Source: Takakia lepidozioides
Lineage: Eukaryota > Plantae > Bryophyta
Direction: 5' to 3'
Assembly (NCBI GenBank): GCA_030704615.1
Contig: CM060731.1
Location: 36,952,001 to 37,016,000, forward strand
Length of the DNA stretch: 64,000 nt
The translations under genes and the position numbers were made by a program. Shown here piece after piece: positions 1 to 11,461 of the stretch (its first letter is position 1; each line of letters opens with the position of its first letter). The notes under the pieces are model-generated. The model worked only from the letters and a program-made list of their open reading frames with translations, was not told the origin of the DNA and ran no database searches.

Positions 1-3000
1 GGATGAGGCCTTGTCATTGACTGAGCAGGAAGGGGGTACTGCTCAAGAGGTTGCAGCATAGCAACCACGGGACGCGTCCTCTACCTCTAAGCCCACTGGA
101 CTTAAGGTTGCAGTTACGGAGGACAATTGGGAGCCTGACATTGGACCCATTGTCACCGGAGGAGAGAGACGACGTATACGGCGGTTCCTGAGGGCTTACA
201 GGAATTGCTTTGCCTTCAGTTTGAAGGACTTGGGAGCACTGAAGGGTCAAGAGATCCGTATTGAGTTGGCCACTGACACGCCAATCTTTCGGAGACCCTA
301 TAGATACAGTGACATGGAGAGGTCTTTGATTCAGATGAGGACTCAAGATCTCTGGGAGGCAGGTTTGGTGGAGCTCTCTGGTGGAGAGTATGCTTCAGCC
401 ACAGTGATGCCAGCTAAGAAGGATGTCTATGGCAATTGGACGGAGAGACGTATGTGCGGTGATTACCGGCCTGTAAATCGTCAGACCAAGTCCGATAGGT
501 ATGCCATGCCAACACCAGAGGAGATCTTTGATGCCATTGGGCATTCCAAGGTCTTTAGCACGTTGGATTTACGATCCGGATATCACCAGTTGCCGATCAA
601 GGAGGCGGATAAGCAAAAGACGGCATTCTGGGGGATCAATGAGCACGGGAAGGATTGCCTATACCAGTGGCGGTTCTTACCATTTGGGCTTAAAAACGCT
701 CCCGCTGAGTTTCAAAGAGTCATGGACAGGATTCTAGCAGGGGTGGAGTTTGCTCGGTGCTACATAGATGACATCATCATCTTTAGTGCTACGGTGGAGG
801 AGCATGAGAGACACCTTCAGGGGGTATTTGAGCGCTTGAGGACGCACGGATTGAAGTTACATCCGGGCAAGTGCAAGTTTTTCCACAACCAGATTGAGTA
901 TCTGGGTCACATGATATATCCTGGAGGATTGGGGGTACAGCAGACTAAGGTAGAGTCCATTGCACAGGTTCCACGCCCCACGGATGTGAGCCGAGTTCGA
1001 GCTTTCATGGGGTTAGCAAACTATTACAGACGGTTTGTTAAGGGATTTAGTGCCATTGCAAAGGCTCTAACCAAGCTGACCAAGGTGGACCAGGAGTGGC
1101 AGTGGGAAGATGAGCAAGAACAAGCTTTTCAAGAGCTCAAGGCGAGGTTGACCTCGGCGCCCATCTTGAGACGACCTATCAGGGGGCGTCCTTTTCAGCT
1201 GCATACAGATTGGAGCATGCTGGGGCTTGGAGCGGTGCTCACACAGGTGGATGATGAGGGAAGAGAGTTCGTAGTGGCTTATGCTAGCCGCTCGAACAAT
1301 GCTGCAGAGTCTAAGTATAGCTCATATGAGGGAGAATGCTTAGCTGCAGTGTGGGCCGTGGCACACTTCAGGTGCTATCTATACGGCAATCTCTTCACCC
1401 TTGTCACGGATCACCAACCACTCAAGTGGTTGATGGAGTCAGACAAGCTTACGGGGAAGCTTGCACGGTGGGCACTCATCCTTCAAGAGTATGACTTTCA
1501 GGTGGTGCATCGACCGGGTTTGGTCAATCGAAATGCAGATGGGTTGAGTCGCAATCCATGCACGAGCCAGCAGGATGACACTGGAGCTCGGTGGCATGGT
1601 GAGACGGACGAGGAGATGGTGCCCGGATGGCATGCATCTGCATTTCTGTGTATCTTGGCAGCGGAAGGCCAGGTTGGACCTACAACAGGGATGACTGTAG
1701 ATCAAGTGTCTGAGGACCCTGAGGCCAGCAATGAGCAGGGTGGCGCCAAAGATATACATGAGGATTCAGTTGTGTTGGACTACCTCCGCAGTGGAGACAC
1801 GGCAGCCACTATGACTGCCAAGGAGAGGGATCGGATCCTACAACGAGCCAAGAGGTTCAGGTGGGAGGGGACACACCTGCTCCGAGTGTGGGAGGATGGT
1901 CGAGTGAGGATTGTGCCTCACCCAACACAGCGGGCACGGTTAGTGCGGCATGCCCATGAGGAGTTGGGGCATTTTGGGGTGCGACGCACTCATAGTCTAC
2001 TGCAGGGGCAGTATTGGTGGCGTGGTATGCACACAGAGGTGCAACAATTTGTGGCTAGGTGCATGGTGTGTGACAGGGTGCGTGCTTCATTCAACGCCCC
2101 TACTCCACAATTGCACCCTCTTCCGATCATGGGATTGGGCTACAGGTGGAGTCTTGACTTCGCAGGGCCGTTGCCACTGACCATGCGCCACAACAAGTAC
2201 GTGTTGGTGATGGTGGAGCACTTCTCCAAGTGGATTGAATTGGTTCCATTGCCTGATAAGGCTAGTGAGGGAGCTGCGTATGCATTCCTGGATTGTGTGC
2301 TTAGCCGATTCGGTGCTCCAGCTGAGGTACTCACGGACCAAGGGAGAGAGTTCTTGGGGGAGTTTCAGGCTTTGTGTGACAAGGCCTTGATAGACCACCG
2401 CACCACTTCTCGGGATCATCCTGAAGCCGATGGCTTGGCAGAGAGAGTTGTTCAGACAGTAAAGAGGGGTTTGCGCAAGTATGGCTTGCAGAAGGGACAC
2501 CTAGGAGATTGGGACCTTCAGTTACCCTGGTTAGCCATGGGCTACAGGTTCAGCAAGCAAGCATCACTTGCCTCTTTCTCACCATACTTTCTTCTCTTTG
2601 GCCGAGAGCCGGATTTGCCTACATCCATTCGGTTCTTAACCTTGACGATCCGGACGTGTGGGCACGTGCATGTGAGCAGCGTGCAGAGTTGTTCAAGAGA
2701 GTCATGCCCATGGCTTTCGAGAACCTTGCCATTGCACAACACCGTGATACGTTGAGGTATGCTACCATACGTGGTGGGGGCTATCGTCCTGGGGTTCGGA
2801 GATTCAACCCTGGTGACTATGTCTATCTGCAGCAGACTGCTCCTACGACCCTGGATGTGACTGCAGGACGTGTTATTTTGAGGGTTCGAGAGGTCTTGCC
2901 CTCAGGCGTCTTGGTCTTGGAGGGTCGGGATGGCATAACTTGGAAGGACCATGTGCGTAATTGTGCGCCATGTCACCTTCCGAATGTCGATGGCAGGATT

Positions 3001-3180
3001 GACCCAAACCTGGCAGTGGTATCTGCAGGTTTGAGGTGCATGTTGTGTGGGTCTGCTAAAGGGGCAGCCACCATGCTGGTGTGTGATCGATGCTCTAGAG
3101 GTTGGCATATGGGGTGCTTGACTCCACCTCTTGAGATGGTTCCAGATGGGGATTGGTTATGTCCACAATGCATTGGATAG
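1..3180 (+). CDS. pol: Ty3/Gypsy family 1 pol (RT-RNaseH-integrase-PHD finger); 5' end lies outside the window; one frameshift near 2630
   Basis: RT motifs (CGDYRPVN, LDLRSGYHQ, LPFGLKNAP, YIDD), RNase H (LHTDWS, TDHQPL, NADGLSR), integrase HHCC plus SLDF/TDQG/AER. The C-terminus in ORF 2509-3180 is a C4HC3 PHD finger (CMLC...CDRC...HMGC...WLCPQC). Confidence 0.95.
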
Positions 3181-3430
3181 TGGGAGTGGATACAACCATG
3201 GGAGGCTAACAAGCAACGCAAGGCCCAGCTACTAGGAGACCTTGAACACACGAGGTCTTGGCTCAAGTTCACAGATTGCAAGATGGCGACTAACGATGGG
3301 GCTACTCTTGTACCCGGCCTCTTGGTCTATAGAGTTTGAGTACAATAGGGAACAGTGATAGAGGACTTAGTACGGCTGTGGCTATTACATCTTGTAGCTA
3401 TCTGGAGGTAGAGGGACCTATCCACCAGCT

Positions 3431-3440
3431 AGGGGGGCGA
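3431..3440 (+). promoter_or_regulatory. Polypurine tract of Gypsy family 1
   Basis: AGGGGGGCGA lies directly before the TG-starting terminal repeat; the same sequence occurs at about 38547-38556. Confidence 0.8.
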
Positions 3441-3441
3441 T

Positions 3442-3964
3442 TGTGGCAGACTACTTTATTGTGCATATATGTGTGGTGTGGTTTGGACAGCGATGTAGTT
3501 GTGTAGCGATATGTATGCGCACGACAGCTGTCAAGTTAAATAAGCACAGTGTGAAAACAGCTAGAATAAAACTAGTTATTTGTATTTAACACTTGGATTT
3601 AGGTCAAGTGTTAAATCAGGTGTCAAGTTTAGTTTGACACCTGGTCCGTCTTATCTTCACGAGAGCGGCAGTCGCGCGGCTCATCTTTCTCGAGTTGAGC
3701 CTGCGCGACCGAGCTCTTGCATGCGTTTAGATCTGAGTGTACTCATGATGGGAGTGTAGGTTGTTGTGGGGTGGAGTCCCCATAGCTTGGGGTGCCCCTG
3801 GCTCGACTTCTATTATAAAGAGTGATAGAGATGGATTTCACATGTTTTGTGTCAACAGTGTTTCTATGCTTCTTATCATTGTGGCAGACTACTTTATTGT
3901 GCATATATGTGTGGTGTGGTTTGGACAGCGATGTAGTTGTGTAGCGATATGTATGCGCACGACA
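3442..3964 (+). repeat. 3' terminal repeat of Gypsy family 1 with A-B-A structure (A=3442-3526, B=3529-3878, A=3880-3964)
   Basis: Starts with TG after the PPT and ends with CA. The first and last 85 bp are identical. A homologous block with the same boundaries is at 38558-39085. Confidence 0.9.
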
Positions 3965-4419
3965 CTTGCCATCGCCGAAATCATCGTGGAGCACAACAAT
4001 ACTCTCGACAACAAGGCCGTTTGAGTCCTTCCTTTCCTCCTCCAAAAAAACTGACTCCGGTTTCAGGTGGTATCGAACGCACAAATATTTCTCCATCACC
4101 CGGCAGATTTCCCCTCTGCACGGAAATGAAGCTCTATGCTCGTGAGGTGGGCAGTACACTGTAGCGCTCGGGTTTTCCGCCATGGGAGATGTGCACACAA
4201 GACTGCTAGGATGGCGTGCGGGGAACCTCCCTGGTAGAAGGGGGATGCAGCGATGGGAAGGAATGCGGTGCCGATTTGTCCGAGCGACGAAGCCTGATCC
4301 AAATCCAGGGAGCCAACTATCTCAAAAATCCACAGTCAGAGTGTTAATGAACCTTGTCTCAGGAATGCGGCCCCTGGTCTTTGCGCAATAACTGCCAACG
4401 GTATGCAGTCAGAAAGTGG

Positions 4420-5720
4420 GGGGCCGTCCGGATGATGTCGGCTGGGGAAAAGCCGGCACCGTGCCGTCACATTACTACCCCCGAATGGAAATTCGGCACC
4501 CAATATCCAACAGGGGCCACACGGATGAAGTCGTCTGGGGCAGAGATGTCGGCACCTGTCCGACAGAGAACATCCCCTGGACGGAAATTCAGTGCCGAAT
4601 TTCCATTCGGATCCCCCCAAAGGAAGTCTTGTCGGGGGGTCAGGCCGAAAACTGGCCGACATAAAAACCTACGCGGATGGAAAAAACGGCGCCAAATTTC
4701 CATCCGAGGCCTTTCGGATGCAGTCGGCTCGGGGGAAAGGCCGCCATCTGGCCCTCACATTACAACCCCCGGACGGAAATTTGGCACCGAATATACAACA
4801 GGGGAAGCCCGGATGAAGTCGCCTCGGGCGCAGAGGCCGGCGCGTGTGCGACAGAGAACATCCCCTGGATGGAGATTCGGCGTCGAATTTCCATCCGGGC
4901 CCCCCCAAAGGAAGTCGTGTAGGGGTTCAGGCCGAAAACTGGCCGGCATAAAAACATCCCCAGATGGAAAAACGGCGCCGAATTTCCATCCGGGGCAGTT
5001 CGGATGCAGTCGAGGAGGGGGGAGAGGCCGGCACCTGGTCGTCACATTTCAACCCCCGGACGGAAATTCGGCACCGAATATCCAATAGGGGACGCCCGGA
5101 TGAAGTCGCCTCGGGCGCAGAAGCCGGCGCGTGTGCGACAGAGAACATCCCCTGGATGGAGATTCGGCGTCGAATTTCCATCCGGGCCCCCCCAAAGGAA
5201 GTCGTGTAGGGGGTCAGGCCGAAAACTGGCCGGCATAAAAACATCCCCAGATGGAAAAACGGAGCCGAATTTCCATCCGGGGCAGTTCGGATGCAGTCGA
5301 GGAGGGGGGAGAGGCCGGCACCTGGCCGTCACATTTCAACCCCCGGACGGAAATTCGGCACCGAATATCCAACAGGGGACGCCCGGATGAAGTCGCCTCG
5401 GGCGCAGAGGCCGGCGCGTGTGCGACAGAGAACATCCCCTGGATGAAGATTCGGCGCCGAATTTCCATCCAGGCCCCCCCAAAGGAAGTCTTGTCGGGGG
5501 GTCAGACCGAAAACTGATCGACAAAAAAACCTCCCCAGATGGAAAAACGGCGCCGAATTTCAATCCAGGGCCGTTCCAATGCAGTCGGGGAGGGGGGAGA
5601 GGCCGGCACCTAGCCGTCATATTTCAACCCCCGGACGGAAATTCGGCACCGAATATCCAACAGAGCGGCGGAGAGGCCGGCACCTCTCCGACAGAGACCA
5701 TCCCCCGGATGGAAATTCGG
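4420..5720. repeat. Tandem array with a 287-bp period (about 4.5 units) rich in GGAAATTCGGC(G/A)CCG motifs
   Basis: Unit starts recur at 4677, 4964, 5251 and 5538. Confidence 0.9.
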
Positions 5721-5914
5721 TGCCGAATTTTCATCGGGGCCCCCTCAAAGGAAGTCGCAGAAACCTCCCAGAATGGAAAAACGGCGCCGAATTTCCGTCC
5801 GAGGCTGTTCCGATTTGCCTCTAGCAGTGAAGGATTCCAAGAAAAATCCGAAAAATCAATCGGACACGCTCAGAATTACCTGCAGGAAGGTAATTCAGCG
5901 TTTCGAAATTCCTG

Positions 5915-6330
5915 GCAAATGGAAATTCGGCGCCGGATCTCCATCCATCCGCTCTCCGCCCAACCTTGCGCATGGAAATCCGGCGCCAGATTTCCATCCA
6001 TCCGCCTCCGAATTATCTGCTTGAGGGAAAATTCGCGCGCCGCCCTTCCTGCGCGGATGGAAATCCGTGCCGGATTTCCATCCATCCGCTTCTGAATTAC
6101 CTGCGTCAGGGAAATTTGGCGCGCCGCCCTACCTGCGCGGATGGAAATCCGGCGCCGGATTTGCATCCATCCGCTTTAGAATTACCTGCGTGAGGGAAAT
6201 TTCGCGCGGCGCCCTACCTTGCAGGATGGAAATTCGGCGCTGAATTTCCATCCTGCTGCGCTCCGAATTACTTGCAGGATGGAAATCCGGCGCCGGATTT
6301 TATTCCTACAGCGCTCCGAATTACCTTCCG
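5915..6330. repeat. Array of roughly 58-bp units built on the palindrome GGATGGAAATCCGGCGCCGGATTTCCATCC
   Basis: About 7 imperfect copies; related units at 42071-42280, with a perfect 30-bp copy at 42247-42276. Confidence 0.85.
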
Positions 6331-9300
6331 TCGATTTTCATCCGACATGGAGGGCTTCATCCGACATTTAATTGCGCAGTTGGGCAATAAATGTCCACCG
6401 CCGTCGGTTTTTATTCGGGCTGGCGACACATGGCTTCCTGGATACGTACCCTAAATGTCATGCTAATCTTGGCTTAACATGCTATTCGAGGCATGTACCC
6501 CAAAAACGGAGATCTTTTTCCATTTTGGCTGGGACTTATGCCGCCTGAAGGGCGTGGCTCTCCTGAGAGAGACCTCACATCCAGACCGCGGCGGAAGTTG
6601 AAAGCTCTGTACTCCGGACGACGGCCAATCTCTCGCATGGCCAAACTGAAGCTCCAGCAGGAGATTCCAGTGTCTTGCTCACAACCCGCGCCAACTGAAG
6701 CCGAGTACTCTCAGGCAAGCCAGTTCTGCTTTCGCTTTGTTCGATTTCGCTTTTGCTTTCGCTTTGTTGCCTCGCTTTGTTTTTGCATCTTCATCCTGGC
6801 TTCGCTGGATGAGTGAACTTTACATAGTTGAGTGAACCTTACATTGTTTGCAATGCGTGTGCAAATCCGGCAGCTGTGGAGAAGGATGCTTGTGCATGTC
6901 ATTCTCAGGCAATTGTTGCATTTGTTTTCATTGTTGTTGCATGGCTCTCCATACTTCCTAAACTTGTTATGTTTTCATTTTTGTTACACGATTGTTGCTA
7001 TGGTGGTTGCGCTGCTCGTTGCGATGTTGGTTTTTGCACCGATGTTGGTTTTCACGATTTTTGGGAATGACAGAGTGACGACGAGCCCGACACGCTGGTG
7101 GTATCATCGACAGCTCCAACTCATCGCATGTTTGAATCGCCCAATTTGGGGCAAGAGGGCAAACTTCAACCTTTTGTTGGTGGACGGGAGGACTTGCAAC
7201 GAGAGTACGACAGAATAGGCATTGGGGAGGTTGGTGCAGGCGGCATGGCAGGTGAAGGGCGTGAGGACATGAGGACAGCAGATCCGGCAATGGAGGTTGT
7301 TCATGCACATGCAGTAGGGCCCGCCCACGCAAAGAAAAAGAAGAAAGCTAAGCACATGCAATCCCCGGCGAGAGAGCCGTCACGGGCTGCGGAGGGGGGA
7401 GTGAGCAGTGCGCGCGAGGGTGTCAGTTCGCCTCAATCAAAGGTGGTCGTCCTGGAGGGCTCCCCTGCTGCTAGCCCTAGTAAGAAACAGAAAGCCCGTG
7501 AGAGGGCAAAAGAGAGGGCAAAAGAACAGGCGAGACATAATGTTAGCCAGGAGGAAAGAGAAAAGGCCACTGAAGAGGCCAGGGGTGCCCAAATGACAGA
7601 TGCCAATGTAAGCGAGGGACGCACAGAGACAGTGGATCCCTCCAAGACACCACAGAGAGGCAGTAACACACCGGTTAGACCATCGCGGGCAAGAGCAGCC
7701 CCCGCAATTACCCATATGGTGGAGAGTGGAGGAGAGGAAAGAACACCAGAAAGAGCACGGATTGTGCAAGTTCGAGGTGAAGCCAGGGAGAGGGCAGTAG
7801 AGACGGGGAGAGTGCTGGAGGTGGTTTCGCAGGTGGCTGACCCTGTTGAGGAGGACGACAGGGAGCTTTCTGACCAGGATGACATCCTCCCGGACATCCC
7901 CAGGCCCCAAACCCGGAGCATACAGGCTGGATTTGGCGGTCCTGGTGGGCTGCCGGAAAACCCCTCTTCAGCAGACGTCATGTCTGAGGCGGATATGAAG
8001 TTGGCCGCTGCCAAGATGTTGGAGGCAACCCACAGCAACATTGGCAGGGTACTGGGGGGCATGGTGTACCCGGCCAAGCTTCGAATTCCCCTTTGCCGCT
8101 TGGTGTCATTGCAGGTGGTGAGACCTGCCCTCCCAAGCGATATCGACAAGCTGAAATTCTCTTTCCGGGATGGATATCGAATGGGGTCTGCCGCGTTTTA
8201 CGTTTCCATTGAGAACGACCACGGAGCTTCCCGTGCCCACACTTCCGATGAGGTGGACAAATGGGGTCCCCATTGGCAAACGCGAAATGAGGAGTTCGAG
8301 TGATCGATTGCTAGTGATCCTCTTTTCCAGCACTTGTCCGGTAAGATGTTCTACGTGTGGGACGGCAATCATCGCCTCCTGGCATGGATGGAGCACATTG
8401 CCCAAGCCCACCCCAACGACCTCGATTGGCATTTTGCCGTGGATTGTGTTGTGCTGAAGGTTGCGGGGCCCAAAGATCGCAGTCTTCTCAAAGCTGCAGT
8501 GGCCGACATCAACTCGTAAGCTACAACCCCTCTCGCTTTTGGACTTTGAATTTGGAAGTCATTTCATTGCGAATCCTCATATATGATGAAAATTCCCATT
8601 TCAGTATTGTTTGATGGAAATGTGGCACTGCAGGGTGACTGAGAATGCCTTCATTGCCACCAACTTGTCCCATATGCTCTTCCGAGTGAAGGATGTCGGG
8701 AAGCAGGGGATGCAAGAGTTTGCCAATTCCCTCAGTGTCGACCTCCTGCGCAAGTCGGAGGCAAAGGCAGACAGAACCTGGTATAGGCTGAGCGTCGACG
8801 CCATGGTGGACTACATATTTTGGGTAAAGCTCCTGACAGTTTTGTTGAGCTAATCTATCTCTCCTCCCCCAATAGAAGAAATTGTGTTGAGCAGGATCTC
8901 TAATCTTATGTGCGCATTCTTGACAGACGAAAATACAGCAGGATTTGGCACATGCGCGGAGGTTCTACATGGAGTCAGAGGAGAAGAATCCAACCCTCCC
9001 GGCACTCGAATCGTATGTCAAAGCTGCGGAGGTGAGGGCCCGCATAAAGTACAAGTCGCGGATGGTAAAGTACGTGGCCATAGCTGATCCCGCCCTTGGT
9101 GCCGACTTTCTGGTGGAGGTGGGGAAGCACTACTCTCGCGCTCTGAAGCCCACGATGACATTGGAGAAGCTCCATCGTCTAGCCACATCCTGTGTGGATG
9201 CAACAGAAAAGGTGATACATTCTTAACCAAATTGTGGTGGCAACAACTCCTTTTTGTGGTGTTTGGCGCTTACGAATATGCTAGGTGGTTGGACAGACCC

Positions 9301-9799
9301 GGTGGCTCCAAATCTGGAATGGTTCCCGAAGTACCAGGGACATGTGGAGCTTCCCCAAACCGGACAAACTCTCTGACCCCACATTCGACATGTGGATGAA
9401 CCGCATGACATGGTGGTTTCAGGTACTTCCCCAAGCTTCGTTTGGGGCTTCTACTCTAGTAGGGGGTGGATTCATTGTATTTTTTCAGGAAAGCGATCTG
9501 ATGGAGAATCTCCACAGGTGACGACGAATGCGCAAGAGCAGCTGGACACACAAGCACATCAGTTCAAGATGGAGATATTTCCTGCAGCAGAGAGCCTACG
9601 TGACTATGTGACGAGGTACTTTCTGCTCTACAAAACCAACCTATTCTTTCGGGAGATAGCAGATGCTCGCCGGAGCCACGAGTTCACCGACCAGCCGAAC
9701 GCGGACAAAGCAGCAATGCACCTTCTGTACAGGTACATACGCGCTGCCTTTCTTTCAAGTCCTTGCATTTCAGGACGTTAGAGGCCTCATGTGGTGTTA

Positions 9800-10280
9800 G
9801 GGAAAATGGCGCCGAATTTCTTGTCAGGGCTCCGAAAATGGCTAAGTCCCTAGACTGACTGGCCGTGAACTGGAAATTCGGCGCCATTTTCCAGTTCTAG
9901 GCCCTATTGCCGTTCAGGGACTTAGCCATTTTCGGGCTAAGTCCCTAGACTGGCTGGCCCGGAAGTGGAAATTCGGCGCCATTTTCCAGTTCCAGGCCCT
10001 ATTGCCGTTCAGGGACTTAGCCATTTTCGGGCTAAGTCCCTAGGGTGGCTGGCCCTGAACTGGAAATTCGGCGCCATTTTCCAATTCTAGGCCCTATTGC
10101 CGTTCAGGGACTTAGCCATTTTCGGGCTAAGTCCCTAGGGTGGCTGGCCCTGAACTGGAAATTCGGCGCCATTTTCCAGTTCTAGGCCCTATTGCCGTTC
10201 AGGGACTTAGCCATTTTCGGGCTAAGTCCCTAGGGTGGCTGGCCCTGAACTGGAAATTCGGCGCCATTTTCCCATTTCTA
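9800..10280. repeat. 95-bp tandem repeat inside intron 5 of cargo gene A
   Basis: TGGAAATTCGGCGCC recurs at 9871, 9966, 10061, 10156 and 10251. Each unit has the hairpin AGGGACTTAGCC-N7-GGCTAAGTCCCT. Confidence 0.9.
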
Positions 10281-10865
10281 GGCCCACTCACATCCGCCCC
10301 AACCTGGGAAAATGGTGCCAAATATGCATTTCAGGGACCTCATTGTGTTTTTCATGAATGCAGGTACTGCAAGTTCTCCCTTTTGGAGAAAGGTCATCTG
10401 TCTTTCGAGCCACCATTCTTCCTGGCATGGAGGAACCCTAGGGCTGACTCCATGTACACTGACGATATTGTGAAGGAGTGGCATCTAGAACATTTGCGTG
10501 ATTGCCCTTGGTATGTGGACCTTCCGCCCGGCTTGCTCGACCCATCCGAGTTTCAATTGAAGCTGGATGCTGAATTCCGACGAAACCGGCCTCCGCTGCC
10601 TCCGTTGGGTGCAAAAGAGGCAAAAGCGCTTGCGAACTCCAGGAAAGCGGCAGAGCTTGCTCAGGCAGGAATTCAGGAGAAATTGAATGAGAAGAGTAAA
10701 GGCCAAAGGAAAAGGACAAGGAAACAGGTGAGTGCAGTAACACCCAAAAAGAAGAAAACCATCGGGGCATCGGAGGAGGCGCAGGAGGGGACCCAAGAGA
10801 GTGACTCGGACGACGACTTTGTTCAAGGTCCTGCGACTGCTGTTGCTCCTACCCAGTCACCGGTC

Positions 10866-11407
10866 TGTAGTGTGAAAAGAAAGGGGCGTGAATCCCCTTC
10901 TGGTTAATCCTAAATCTGTACTCCTCCTACTCGTCCCTGTTGAAGTATCAGGGCAAAGGAAAGGAGCGTTCTCTTTTCTGTCCAACCATCGTCATGAGGC
11001 TATATGGGTTTTTCCTTCAGGTTCGTTCGTGATCAGAGTTTGCGGAATCCTCATCCACGCCGCAGCGGAAGAGAAGACATGGATGGGAGTCTTTGGTTTG
11101 TTCTTGCCCTCGAATCTACTTTTATGCAACAGCCTGGCCCTATGCTCACTGCGCCAACAGTGTTGGCGTGATCTTTTATGTGATGCAAGCAGCCCAATGG
11201 CAGCGGTGAATACGACCCTTAATGTGAACCCCCTTGAGCAGTGACATGTCGGAAATCCCTTTTTGTAATGGTGACACAGATTTAGAGGGAGACAGCTCAG
11301 ATCTTCATAAACTGCAGGGGCACTGGTTTTCCTTCAAGATTCATGCTTTCTTCATCTCAATCTCCCCAAGTTGGCCATCCCCCCATCAACCCCTTTTGCT
11401 GAGCAGC

Positions 11408-11461
<54 letters not shown>

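Noticed and set aside
3529-3878. Hammerhead ribozyme (retrozyme) or 5S rRNA (Cassandra) in the structured LTR
   Set aside because: I could not find the CUGANGA/GAAA core in a suitable arrangement, nor 5S similarity; left as an unassigned structure.
4336-6454. Many overlapping 60-245 aa ORFs
   Set aside because: Artefacts of GC-rich, stop-poor tandem repeats; the same peptides recur in several frames and on both strands.
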